Source: Octopus sinensis
Taxonomy: Eukaryota
Assembly (NCBI RefSeq): GCF_006345805.1
Contig: NC_042998.1
Coordinates: 167,710,001-167,774,000 of the forward strand
Direction: 5' to 3'
DNA length: 64,000 nt
Shown: positions 1 through 12,316 of the stretch, piece after piece
Position numbering within the stretch: position 1 is the first letter of the stretch
How the letters are laid out: every line of letters begins with the position of its first letter
Position numbers and translations under genes: made by a program
Notes under the pieces: model-generated
Seen by the model: the letters and a program-made list of their open reading frames with translations, nothing else
Told to the model about the DNA's origin: nothing
Databases searched by the model: none

Positions 1-293
1 ATCTTACGTTTCTTACTCGTCGTAAAGGGCGATCGCTATGACCTAGAACCGACAGATAACAAACAGACGGAATACTATGTAGAAGATCAGTAAAAGACAG
101 TCTTGAAGGAGCGACGGAGAGAAGGGATGCGAATGTTTGCTTATTTTAATCTTAAGTCTTACCTATTATAAATGACGGCCGATTTGTTTTCTTTATTCCC
201 TTGAAGCCAAGAACAGAAAGGAGAAAGAAAAAGACAGAGAGGAGAGAGGGGGATAGAAGGGGGCTGAGAGAGAGGAATGGAATTAACAGGGTA

Positions 294-325
<32 letters not shown>

Positions 326-961
326 TGAGAGAGAGTGATTTTAGAAGAAATGAGAGAAAGAAAGGAAGAGGAAGGTCTGGGGAAGGAGTTCGTTCGAAAA
401 TGGAGAGAGGAGTATGGGAGGTACGTAGAGAAAGAGGGAGAGGGAGAGAGAGAGAGAGGGAGGGGGGAGAGAAATGTGTGTGTGTGAGAGAAAAGGAGGA
501 GAGAAAGACAGAGAATGGGAGAGAGAGAGAGAGAGAAAGGTAGAGAAAGTCGGAGAAGGTTTGCAGAAGTTTAGTTTGAACTGAGATCAATTGTAACAAA
601 TGAGATCGAGAAGGAAAGAGAAAGAGAGAGAGGGGAGAGTGAGGAAGAAAGAAAGACATAGAGGTAAACATTGAGGAATAGAGAGAAACAGAAAAACTAT
701 CAATGTGAGTGAAAGATAGAATGAAGGTTGTGATTATTTAACACTTGAAATATGACTCCTCTTTCTCACTTTCTCTCTCCCCCTCACGCATTCGCTCTTT
801 CTGTCATTCTCTGACTGCCAAATGTCTCTCTCACCCTATTATTCTGTCTCTCTTTCTCAGCCCCTCTCGCCTCCCCCTCTCTCTCTCTCTCTCGTGCCAA
901 AAGGATTACTAAAATGCTGAAGATATTTTTAAAAGAGAGCAAAGGAAAATTTTCTTTTCTA

Positions 962-1169
962 TTCTAGGCACAAGGCCGGAAACTTTTGGGAAGGGGCGGC
1001 CAGTCGATTAGAACGGCTCCAGTACGCAACTGGTACTTAATTTAGCGACCTCGAAAGGATGGAAGGCAAAGTTGACCTCGGTGGTACTGGAACTCAGAAC
1101 GTAAAGACAGACGAAATACTATTAAGCATTTCGTCCGGCGTGCTAACGTTTCTGCCAGCTCGCCGCCTT
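962..1169 (-). mobile_element. tRNA-derived SINE, family B
   Basis: Reverse complement reads AAGGCGGCGAGCTGGCAGAAACGTTAGCACGCCGG...GTTCTGAGTTC, with A-box-like TGGCAGAAACG and a B-box-like motif. The same sequence recurs more than 25 times in the window. Confidence 0.85.
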
Positions 1170-1215
1170 CGCAAACGAACATATTAAAGGAATCACTGTA
1201 TGGCTTGTTTGTACA

Positions 1216-1253
<38 letters not shown>

Positions 1254-1267
1254 GCACGCACGCACGC

Positions 1268-1319
<52 letters not shown>

Positions 1320-1458
1320 ACATGCACGCGTGTGTGTGTATGTAACGGAGGAAAGGCCCTACCTCAGCTATAGGCTCACAAGTTCGGTTTCCGGATTCTG
1401 TGCTGTATATATTATTTCCGGGCGGAGGCACCGGATAACTCAGTATATATATATATAT

Positions 1459-2249
1459 ACTCTTTACTCTTTTACTCTTTTACTTGTTTCAGTCATTTGA
1501 CTGCGACCATGCTGGAGCACCGCCTATAGTCGAACAAATTGACACCAGGGCTTATTCTTTGTTAGCCTAGTACTTATTCTATTGGTTTTTTTGCCGAAAC
1601 ACTAAGTTACGGGGACGTAAACACACCAGTATCGGTTGCCAAGCGATGTTGGGGGACAAACACACACATACACACACACACACACACACGCATATATATA
1701 TACATATATACGACGGGCTTCTTTCAGTTTCCGTCTACCAAATCCACTCACAAGGTTTTGGTCGGCCCGAGGCTATAGTAGAAGACACTTGCCCAAGATG
1801 CCACGCAGTGGGACTGAAAATCTACTTACCACACAGCCACTCCTGCGCCTATATATATATATATATATATACTCTTTTACTCTTTTACTCTTTTACTTGT
1901 TTCAGTCATTTGACTGCGGCCATGCTGAAGCACCACCTTTAATCGAGCAACTCGACCCCGTACTGTAAGCCCAGTACTTATTCTATCGGTCTCTTTTGCC
2001 GAACCGCTAAGTAACGGGGACATAAACACACCAGCATCGGTTGTCAAGCAATGCTAGCTGGACAAACACAGACACACAAACACACACACGCATATATATA
2101 TACATATATACGACGGGCTTCTTTCAGTTTCCGTCTACCAAATCCACTCACAAGGTTTTGGTCGGCCCGAGGCTATAGTAGAAGACACTTGCCCAAGATG
2201 CCACGCAGTGGGACTGAAAATCTACTTACCACACAGCCACTCCTGCGCC

Positions 2250-2296
<47 letters not shown>

Positions 2297-2714
2297 TCTT
2301 TTATACTTTTATTCTTTTACTTGTTTCAGTCATTTGACTGCGACCATGCTGGAGCACCGCCTATAGTCGAACAAATTGACACCAGGGCTTATTCTTTGTT
2401 AGCCTAGTACTTATTCTATTGGTTTTTTTGCCGAAACACTAAGTTACGGGGACGTAAACACACCAGTATCGGTTGCCAAGCGATGTTGGGGGACAAACAC
2501 ACACATACACACACATACACACACACACACATACACACATATAAATATATACGACGGGCTTCTTTAAGTTTCCGTCAACTAAATCCAGTCACAATGCTTT
2601 GGTCGTCCCGAGGCTATAGTAGAAGACACTTGCCAAAGTTGTCACGCAGTGAGACTGAACCCGGAACCATGTGGTCGGTAAGCAAGCTACTTACCACACA
2701 GCCACTCCTGCGCC
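1459..2714 (-). mobile_element. Three tandem copies of tRNA-derived SINE family A (1459-1848, 1871-2248, 2295-2714)
   Basis: Each copy has the head GGCGCAGGAGTGGCTGTGTGGTAAG (A box), an internal (AT)/(GT) microsatellite and a tail ending TGACTGAAACAAGTAAAAGAGT. The B box (GGTTCAGTC) is intact only in copy 3. Confidence 0.9.
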
Positions 2715-2825
2715 TATATATATCAGTGGCGACTCCAGGTCATCAGCGTGACTCGGGCTCACCACAGATTTCGCGTAAGACACATGTATAAAAGAAAGTA
2801 AGAAACGTAATACACTCAGCAGATT

Positions 2826-4200
2826 TACACTAAACCGCAAAAGAAACGCGAGACGTGTGTGGCTCTGAAATATGTTTTAATTTCATTATGTCAGAGATAA
2901 ACTTTGATAAATCTGATAAAGTCAATTTCTTGGATGCATTTTGACAATAGTCATGTGTTCTTGTAGTAGGCGGATCCAGCACATCGAGATTATAGGGCGT
3001 GATATGTATGCCCTCCCTGGGTGTTCAAAACGGCCATACACCGTCGGTACCTGGAGTACATGAGGCGGATCACAAAAGCTATTGGCACCTGTGCGCATAC
3101 CCCGAGGAAAGCTACCTCCAGTTCCACGCGAGCTGTTGGCCTTGTGACCATCTGGTTCAGCCGACTCTGAATTTCATCCCACAGGCGTTCAATTGGGTTC
3201 AAATCCGGGCTGAGAGCCAGCCACGGTATGGTTCTGATGGAAGTCCATGGTGACCCTGGCCGTGTAGGAGGAAGCATTGTTCTGCTTGAACATGTAGCTA
3301 TAGTAATGTGCAAAGAAGGGCACGATGTGAGGTCTTAGAATCTGGTCGACGTAGCGCTGCGCTGTGATGCCATTCTCTCTGCTTGCACCAACATTTGGAA
3401 ATACATGGGGCCCAGTTCCTTGATTCAGGCCTACAGCACTCCAAACCACGATGCTTTGGCCACCCTACGCGTATCTCTCCATGACATATGCGTCTTTGTA
3501 GCGTTCCCCTTCCTACGCCACACCGCCACTCTACCATCCAAGATGGAAACGCAGTACCGGCTCTCGTGAGAGAAGACTATCGCCCTCCATTGTTGATGCC
3601 GCCAATGTCAGTGCAGTGTAACCTACTGTAGTTTGTGCCTGAGGGTAACGGTCGGTGAGGACGGCAACGCAGGTTGTTGGAGGCCAGTCGACCTCGTACC
3701 GTGTCGTCGCTGATGGGTCGCTGTCCAGTGCCAATGGTTTCACGAGCTGTCGCGCTGGCCGGTCTGAAGCGATCAGGGAGGTGTCGCAGGTGGACGAAGC
3801 GGTCCTGCCTAAGCGTGGTCACCCGGGGACGCCTTCTGCAGTGCTGTTGGTGTTGTTGTATCTCTGTTGCAAGCGAAAGATGATACTGACATGGAATTTG
3901 CAAGCTTTCGCAACAACTAGGTCACGCCGCCCTGCTCGAAATCGGCCGATAGCTTGTTCTCTCTGCGCTGCTGACAATCGGGTCATACCTGATGCGTCTA
4001 AATTACAGATTTATACCCATAACCTCCACGAGATGTACGTCCATTTCTGTTTTCATGACAATTATTTGCGACTGCCAGCCACTGCATTCATCGCAGTTAA
4101 GGGTAAAAGTAAGGCAACCATGGAAAACACAACTGATCTTTACACACGGACGAACAGAATAACAGCAATCAATTAATGAAAGCGGAGTGCACGACAAACA
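2826..4200 (-). mobile_element. Decayed Tc1-family DNA transposon; transposase relic 3986->2990
   Basis: Frameshifted segments translate to MTRLSAAQREQAIGRF, RPRVTTLRQDRF, FSHESR, VWSAVG, ITAQRYVDQILRPHIVPF, KQNNASSYTAR and SPDLNPIERLWDEI...GGHTY. These are Tc1 HTH and DDE motifs. Outer boundaries are uncertain. Confidence 0.9.
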
Positions 4201-5989
4201 TCAGCTATCTGAATGTCGCCTATACTCTTGATAAGAGATGTCAGTACGTCCTTTACACCTACCAGGCTCGTTCGTATTAACCCGAGTTGCTGGATAATTT
4301 TTCGTTCCTTTAAGAGTATCGTAGAACGGAAACTTTTCATAGATTGGAATTTAAATCTTAATCTCTATTGAAACTTATTTTTTCAACAAAACATTGAAAC
4401 TGAATTATTTTTAATTTTTACGATTATAGATAACAAATCGGGTTGTAACTTCTGAGCCCGAGTTAGGCGCGTGTGAACTCTGTCGAGAGAACGTCTACTA
4501 GACATGATATTTTTTGACACAGGACACCTCTAAGACGACCGCCAGACGCTGAACGAAAATATATAAACTGCGACCAGGTTCAATAAAAGGAGCCCGAGTT
4601 ATTGGCTATAATTACATACTTGAAGTCAGTGTTGTCAGAAATTAAATCAGCTTGCAAATATACACGTTCACTTTACCAAATTTATACTCAATTTATACTC
4701 AATTCCTGTAATATTTTCCAGAACAACCACTTGTTGCTAGTCGTTATAATGAATGACGTAATGGAGAAACAGTTTCCACCTGAAAACATTAGACAATTGT
4801 TCTTGGGATAAAGTAACATACGGGATATATTTCAATCCGTTGATTGAAGTCTTATTTTAGATTATAATTATTTAAACATGTTGAAAATATTTATATTTCT
4901 TCTTCGCCCTTTTCCTATTTTAGATGTTTAGTTTATTCAACACTTAGTGAAATAAGAGTCTGCAGAAGGCTTCCTTCTCTTTCTTTATTTATTGGTTTCT
5001 TCTCCATAGACGTCACAACAACTTTATATGTTGTGTGAAGAAGAAGGTGAAGCTGTGTCGTACATTTTTTGAAAAGTGAAAAATTTGTATATGAAAAAAA
5101 AAAAAAGAAAAAGAAATTAGCAGGTATGGCTGTGTGGTAAGGAGCTTGCTTCACAGCCTCATGGTTTCGAGTTCAGACCCACTGTACGGCGCCTTGGTCA
5201 ATATAAAATAGGGGTAAGATTAACTTTCAAGTTTTTCCTTTTTATAATACGTGGAGCGGAAGTCCCTCACTCCCACGTCATCCGGAAATTCATGGAATGT
5301 TCCAGAACATTCTACGGAAGATCACTCAAGCTACATCCCTGTTTTATTTATTTAATTAATTAACTGAGAGGGCGCTACATAACTCCCCTCTCAGACGACA
5401 AGTAGGTAACTAATCGAAAGTCATTGTAGCGAGAACCCGTAAGAATGAGAAGCAAAAAATGAAGGTACAAGAAACTGGATGAACAAGAAACATGAGCTTG
5501 CAACTAAAGCAAAAAGCAGAAAGGTACAAAACAAGTAAATGCATGAACATTATGATATGTAATTAAAATTGCAGGGTTTGGTGCAGGAAACCTTGGGCTA
5601 CATAGTTGTGCACACAAACCAAGAGTGCAAAGAAATAGCAAGGAAGGTGTGTAACTAAAATAACTGTGTATATAAACATGTCAATACAAAATGCAATTCC
5701 AAAATGTGAAATGAGAAAGAAATGGTTCACAGCATAAATGCATTTTATAAGAATGGCTGCGGCACAAAGATAATGCAGGAAAATGTAAATGTAACAGATT
5801 TTACACAATGAATGTCAGAAAAGTTTGTTCAAACTGGTGATGTATGAACAGGAAACAGTTTGTTAATACCACAAGAGGTTAAACGATATAGTTCTGGACA
5901 ACTTACGTGGCCAATTCACTGTCCTGTCATTTCATGTGACATAAGGTTGAGAGGTATGTGGTGTTTGCGGTGGCGGTGAAGGTGTTGGT

Positions 5990-6490
5990 ATGGGGGTGAA
6001 TGTATGAGGTGTGTCAGATATTGGAATGAGACTTTCATAGAAAGCCTTCTTTACTCTGTCAATGGATATTGTCTCTTATCGACCATTAACATCAACTGTG
6101 AAGTGTTTCGGTGTGTGCAAAAGCATACGAAAAGGTTCATTATAGGTATAAAAACGTGTGTCCACGTGGAGATGTCTCGTGGAACAGCAGAAGAAATTGA
6201 TTGTTCACGAGAAGTCATTGGTAGAAAATCCAAAAAGTAAGAACGAATTCTAGTGACATATGATGTTGGATCAACCAGTGCTAACATTTGACCAGGCAGC
6301 GTCAAATGGTACTGTAAAGAAGTTCGCCTGAAGAGAAACCCAAATCTGTCTTAACAGCAGAACAACAACCGAGAAGAGCGATTGGCAGGAATTCGGCCCA
6401 ACGTTGCGGATCAGGAGTAGCGCGTAGTGCAGCTTCCAACTGTCTGTGAAACCTTTCCACCATTCCATTGGAGGTTGGGTGATAGCCAGA
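5990..6490 (-). pseudogene. Gypsy integrase C-terminal half (frameshifted)
   Basis: [25 protein letters not shown]...[11 protein letters not shown]...[15 protein letters not shown], then LPGQ...DPTSYVTRIRSYF...VPRDISTWTHVF. This matches the integrase core E-helix and the following region. Confidence 0.88.
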
Positions 6491-6536
6491 GGTGTCTGCT
6501 GGAGTAGAAAACCCAGTGTCTAATTCACTAAAGTGG

Positions 6537-6554
6537 ATCACGTCGGGGTCACCA
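6537..6554 (-). promoter_or_regulatory. Primer-binding site complementary to tRNA-Trp
   Basis: Minus strand TGGTGACCCCGACGTGAT lies 3 nt after the LTR-terminal CA. It is complementary to the animal tRNA-Trp 3' end (ATCACGTCGGGGTCACCA, recalled). Confidence 0.88.
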
Positions 6555-7136
6555 CTTTGAGGAATTAGACATTGGCAGGATCACTATAACATATTCATCT
6601 GCCAGGTGAAAAACTCCTCAACGTTCAACAGAACAAAACAACTCGAAGAAAATTAAATCCTTAAACAGGAACAATAATGGTTTTATTCATTGTGATGCGT
6701 GTTGCATCTTTACAGATTATAGTTTATAAATGTTTTGTATGCGACATAGTATATAAGAATACCTTGAAATAAAAACGAAACATCTTATAATCGGAGGACG
6801 GTTGTAAGAACAACCCACATACGCTCAATGCTTCTCACCCAAAGCTCAAATGCAAAAAGGAGAAGATTAACTTTCGCTTTTTCCTTTCATAATACGTGGA
6901 GCGGAAGACCCTCACTTCCACGTTATCCGGAAATTCATGGAATATTCCAGAACATTCTATGGAAGGTCACTCAAGCTACATCCCTCTTTTATTTAATTAA
7001 ATGAGAGGGCGCTACAAGTGTCTTTTACTGTAGCCACCGGCTGACAAAAGCCTTGTGAGTGGGTTTAGTCAATCGAAACTGAAAGATGACGTGGAAAGAC
7101 GTCCGTCGTATATATATATATATATATATATATATA

Positions 7137-7176
<40 letters not shown>

Positions 7177-9135
7177 GTGCGTGTGTGTGTGTATGTATGT
7201 GTGTGTGAGAGTGTGTGGGTGTGGGTGTGTGTGTACGTATGTGCGTAAGTGTTTGTGTTTCCCCCTACTCCCGTTTGACAACCTTATCCTAACGGTTCGG
7301 CAAAAGAGGCTGAGAAAGTAAGCACCAGGCTTAAAAAAAATTGTACTGTGGGTGGGGTTATTGGCTAGAACCCTTCAAGGTAGTACTACAGAATGGCTGA
7401 GCCTAATGACTAAGACAAGAGAGAGATAAATTAGAGGTTTATGGAAATTTATCACTTTCTGCTGTTGATCAGAAAATTATTTGCTTTTCGATGCAGTCAT
7501 ACTGTTGCTAGAAACAGTAGTCAAATCTCCCTATCCAGCAAGACTTTATGTTAAATAAAGACATATCGGATAATGAACTCCATATCAAATAATCTACACT
7601 CGAAAACAAGATGGGATAGTCGCAGATGAAACACGCTTCGATCGATGAAGACCTTGGGTTAAATAACAGCAACTGTAGTAACCTCTCAGCGAGCCTTTAT
7701 ATGGTAGCTTGACCCTAAAATCACATGCTGCCATCATAAAAAGAGAAATAACATCGTATATTGGAGCCCAAGATATAGAATACGTTTAAAAAGTAAGAGA
7801 TGATTACGGCATGAATGTCTTTAATCATAAATCTGCTCATTAAAGGAGGATATCGTGATAACAACGACAGTCTTTCTCTCACAAGCACTCAACTTCCCGT
7901 CCACGGCAATGTTATGTTTAAGGTTTATGTTCTATTTTCATTAATGATTTTTTTTTATTCCATCATCTCGTTTTATGCCTCTTTTTTTAGTTCTGTTATT
8001 TTGCTTATTCATTCACCTATGACATCTCCTTTTCTGACCTAGGAACACATTAAAAACTCATAACGCTAATACATAACTGACAGTTTCTACCAATCTAAAA
8101 ACAAATGAAAAGGTTACACACGCTTCACCTTCGGTTAAATTATAAATGAGATGTTATTTTAATTAGATGGTCATTGGTAATCGTTCTGTTTTCAGTTCCC
8201 ATTTAGAATAGCTACATTCCAATGACTGAAACAAGCAATAACGATAAAGCAACACACATATTATATTTTATCTGAAGGTCTCGAATCAATACCTTCAGCT
8301 CGGTACCCCCTTACTCTGATGTACAAACAAGACATGAAGTTATACATGTATAGCACTTATTTGTCTCTTCTCTCCACCCAAACACTAACCCTAACTCTGA
8401 TCTTGATCCTGATGCTAATCCTAGACTAACTGGTTGGAGAAAAGACGAATGAGCACCGATATACGTAACATTTACACAAGAGCAAATAAATGACCACAAA
8501 ACGTTTTGTCTTTGTATTTGTCATTTCTGAGATCAAATTACTCCACAACAGTCTCGCTTTTTATTATACTGGCTAGCTGATGTTGTTGAACCCGAAGGAG
8601 ATTTGGCTGCTATTTCCAACACTTCGACTGACCATGTAGCAATGCATCGCTGGCTCATAAATAACTTGAGTCATACACTAGGATAGTTTCAACCAATGAG
8701 ATACTTCGGCAGCAATTGCGTGTGACCTTGTGGTAACGTAAGGAATTACTATCAAATTCTATAACCTAGTCGACAGTTCGTGTGAATCTCTAACACATTA
8801 TGTTACAATACAAGAGTTACCCTTGGTATAATTCGAACTCAGTTCTTCAAATGAACGACTTAGTTAAAGCAATTAGCTTCTTATGATGTTGCTAAATGGC
8901 GTTATGTTTTATCGAAGTAACATTAGTTGAAGTGAGTTCAGGTTACTGCTGTGGTGGCGTGATTTGACGATCATGATTTTTAAGAGGTCATCGCAACCCA
9001 TCTCTTTTGGAAACTAGAATGAAATATTTTGGGTGTCTTACGTAAATATCTGCTGGTATTTATTTAAAACATAGTGGTCGTTGACGGTCGTTTACCTAGC
9101 ATTGACATCATCTTATAACAGAAACGAGGCACTCA

Positions 9136-9208
9136 TACATACATACATACATACATACATACATACATACATACATACATACATCATACATACATACATA
9201 CATACATA

Positions 9209-9240
<32 letters not shown>

Positions 9241-9300
9241 TACATACATACATACATACATACATACATACATACATACATACATACATACATACATACA
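9136..9300. repeat. (TACA)n/(CA)n microsatellite
   Basis: Read directly; representative of dozens of such tracts in the window. Confidence 0.95.
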
Positions 9301-9840
9301 TGATGCATATATGTGTGTGTGTACGTGTGTGTGTTTACATACATACATATGTGTATGTGTATAACCGTACAGTTACACAAACACACACGTACACATGGTT
9401 ACATATATACACCCTCACAGACATATTGACTCACACACAAGCATATTATTACACGTTTGGGGACTTTTAAAAAAATGCATGCATACACAGATGTGTGCAC
9501 AGGAGCGTATGTACGTGCATATATATACATCTGTACATACATATAAATGAAAGACATATTCAGATACGTACTGTACACATGCATTCGTACTCATACCTAC
9601 AGACACATATGTGTATATGCGTGTTCATGTGCATGCGTTTATAACAGTAAAAAGGATAATCAAACAGTTGTCACAATATTTCACACACATATTCCCGTAT
9701 ATATATATATATATATATTATATATAATATATATATATATATATATACATATACACAAAACAGCCATACATACACATACACACATACATCTTCCTACATA
9801 TATATTACTGGGTGTGTGTGTTTATGCTCGTGTATGTAAT

Positions 9841-9902
<62 letters not shown>

Positions 9903-10080
9903 ATTTGTGCGGTGTGTGTGTCTGCATGTGTTGTGTGAACATATGTATGCAGTATTTTTTCGTTTTCTAGAAATATACCCACAAAGGCTCGAGGAAATTT
10001 TTTTTCTTTCTTTCTTTCTTTCTTTCTTTTGTCTTTCTTTTTTCTTTCCTTCTTTCTCTGTCTCTGTCAGTCCGACTGTC

Positions 10081-10196
<116 letters not shown>

Positions 10197-10574
10197 AATA
10201 CAATTGAATACAAAAAATGCATTTGGAAAAAATAAAGAAAAAGAAAACCGACATGTCAAGACAAAACAAGCACCACCAGCATAAGGAAAAATAAAGTAAA
10301 AAGAAATGAAATTACTTTTAGAGTAGAATGCACTTTTTTTTATTATTTTGTTCGTGATATTTTATTGTTGGGTCGTTATGTTTGTGCATATCTGTATACA
10401 TACTTATAAACATACACACATGCATACATACGTATGTACACACGTACATACATATATGCACGCATGCATATGTGTGTGTATGTTTGTATGTGTGTCTTTC
10501 TATGTAGGTTTATATGTTGTAGGCATGTATGTTTATATATGTATATATATATGTGTATATATATATATATATAT

Positions 10575-10605
<31 letters not shown>

Positions 10606-10896
10606 GCATACATATAATTTTATATATATTAGTATGTCTGTATGTCAATCCATCCAACCTCTTACCTACCTACCAACCTACCTACCTACATACCTTCTCT
10701 GTTTGTCTGTCTATCTATCTATCTATCAATGCACACACACACACACAGAGATATATGATTGTGTACAATATATATACATACACATAGCCATATATATATA
10801 TTTATATATATGTGTGTGTGTGTGTGTATATATATGTAGATGTATATATAAATGTGTGTTTGTGTGAATATTTATGTATGTATGTATATGTATATG

Positions 10897-10942
<46 letters not shown>

Positions 10943-11030
10943 TATATAACATGCAATATAAGTATGGATTTTGTGCACATACATCCATACACACATAAAC
11001 CAATATGCGCCAAAATACATACACACATAC

Positions 11031-11073
<43 letters not shown>

Positions 11074-11569
11074 ACTGTGCCTATATGTGTGTGTGTATAC
11101 ATACATACATGCATGCATGCATACATACATACATGCGCATGCGAACACATTCACACATTTATGCACAAGCACATATGTAGATACATACATAGATAGATAA
11201 ATAGATGTAAATCACAGTGGTGCTTCATAAAATTGTTTTACATATGGAAATAATTTCTAAAGATTCAACCAACTATAACAATAATAACCAGAATAGCAAC
11301 ACTGAAAGAGACGTTGGCAGACAATAACAATAGAATCGCTTAATGCATATGCACGCATACACATACACATACACATACACATGCACACAGATACACACAC
11401 ACATACACACACACACACACAGACTGACACTCACAGGCATAGAGATTAGCACAAATATTTGTTGATATACACATGTTAAATATATAAATACACTCATAAA
11501 CTACCCACTCTCTCTCTCAAAAGAAAAAAAAACAACAATAAAAACTCTAAGTAGACATATCTTTTATCT

Positions 11570-11790
11570 GTTTTATTTGTTTCAGTTATCTAACTGCGGC
11601 TAAGCTGGAGCACCGCCTTAAAGGATTTTTTTTTCAGTAGAACAAATCGATCCCAGGGTTTTTTCCTTCTATTTTTTTTCTAAGCCTGATACTTACTTTA
11701 TTGTTCATTGACCGAACCGCTAAGTTATGCAATGGGGGCGTAAACACATCAACACCAGTTGTCAAACGATGGTGGAGGACGAAGTCTCAT
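11570..11790 (-). mobile_element. SINE A 3' half (diverged)
   Basis: TTGTTTCAGTTATCTAACTGCGGCTAAGCTGGAGCACCGCC...CCGAACCGCTAAGTTA matches the family A tail. Confidence 0.75.
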
Positions 11791-11873
11791 ACACACACAA
11801 AGACTCATACGTACACAAAGACTCATAAGTACGTACGTACGTACATACATACATACATACATACATACATACA

Positions 11874-11907
<34 letters not shown>

Positions 11908-11920
11908 CATACATACATAC

Positions 11921-12060
11921 AATAGAGGAATTTATCTGTAAATGTAATATGTGACAATATGGCTACCGAATAACTGTCATATATTACATTTACAGACAAA
12001 TTCCTCTATTTACATAATATCGAGGTCTCTTTCATTCTTTTGTTGTCTTACTATTTTCAT

Positions 12061-12065
<5 letters not shown>
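11921..12065. repeat. Fold-back repeat, short form of the 41531 element
   Basis: AGAGGAATTTATCTGTAAATGTAATATG pairs with CATATTACATTTACAGACAAATTCCTCT. The downstream TATTTACATAATAT...CTTTCATTCTTTTGTTGTCTTA is shared with 41730-41790. Confidence 0.75.
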
Positions 12066-12103
<38 letters not shown>

Positions 12104-12109
12104 TAATCC

Positions 12110-12290
12110 AAACAAGAAAACAAAAACAAAAAAAACAACAACGCAAGGACGTGGAACAAATAAAGTATTATTGGACGCTCAGGAAAGAAGGGAAGAAGGA
12201 GGGTTTGACGTTTCGAGCGGAGCTCTTCGTCGGAAACATAGGAGAAGGAAAGATCCCGAGAAGGGAAGACAGGGGAAAAAATCGCTAGTG
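12110..12290 (-). mobile_element. Putative Penelope-like terminal-repeat fragment (family E, copy 1)
   Basis: Homologous to 28108-28300, adjacent to (AT)n, and contains the hammerhead-like CCGACGAAGAGCTCCGCTCGAAACGTC on the minus strand. Confidence 0.55.
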
Positions 12291-12316
12291 ATACAGACGA
12301 TATATATACATAAATA

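Larger units (their letters stand above)
5216..7016 (-). mobile_element. Internally deleted Ty3/Gypsy LTR retrotransposon
   Basis: The 5' LTR spans 7016->6558 (TGTAGCG...CCTCA) and a truncated 3' LTR spans 5379->5216; the two are direct repeats. A PPT (GAGAGGGGAGTTA) precedes the 3' LTR, and a PBS and integrase relic lie between them. Confidence 0.92.
5120..7420 (+). mobile_element. SINE A copy split by the Gypsy insertion (head 5120-5201, remainder 7017-7420)
   Basis: The head ends ...GCCTTGGTCA and the sequence resumes at 7017 with AGTGTCTT...AGCC, colinear with the family consensus CCTTGGGCAAGTGTCTTCTACTATAGCC. Confidence 0.8.

Noticed and set aside
2724-2780. CTGATGA (minus strand) with nearby CGAAA as a hammerhead
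   Set aside because: The order and stems do not close; stem I would be only 3 nt with no loop.
2826-4610. TIR pair for the first Tc1 element
   Set aside because: TACACTAAACCGCAAAAG looks like a terminus, but no reverse-complement partner was found. GAGCCCGAGT at about 4455 and 4589 matches 2751-2760 over only 10 bp.
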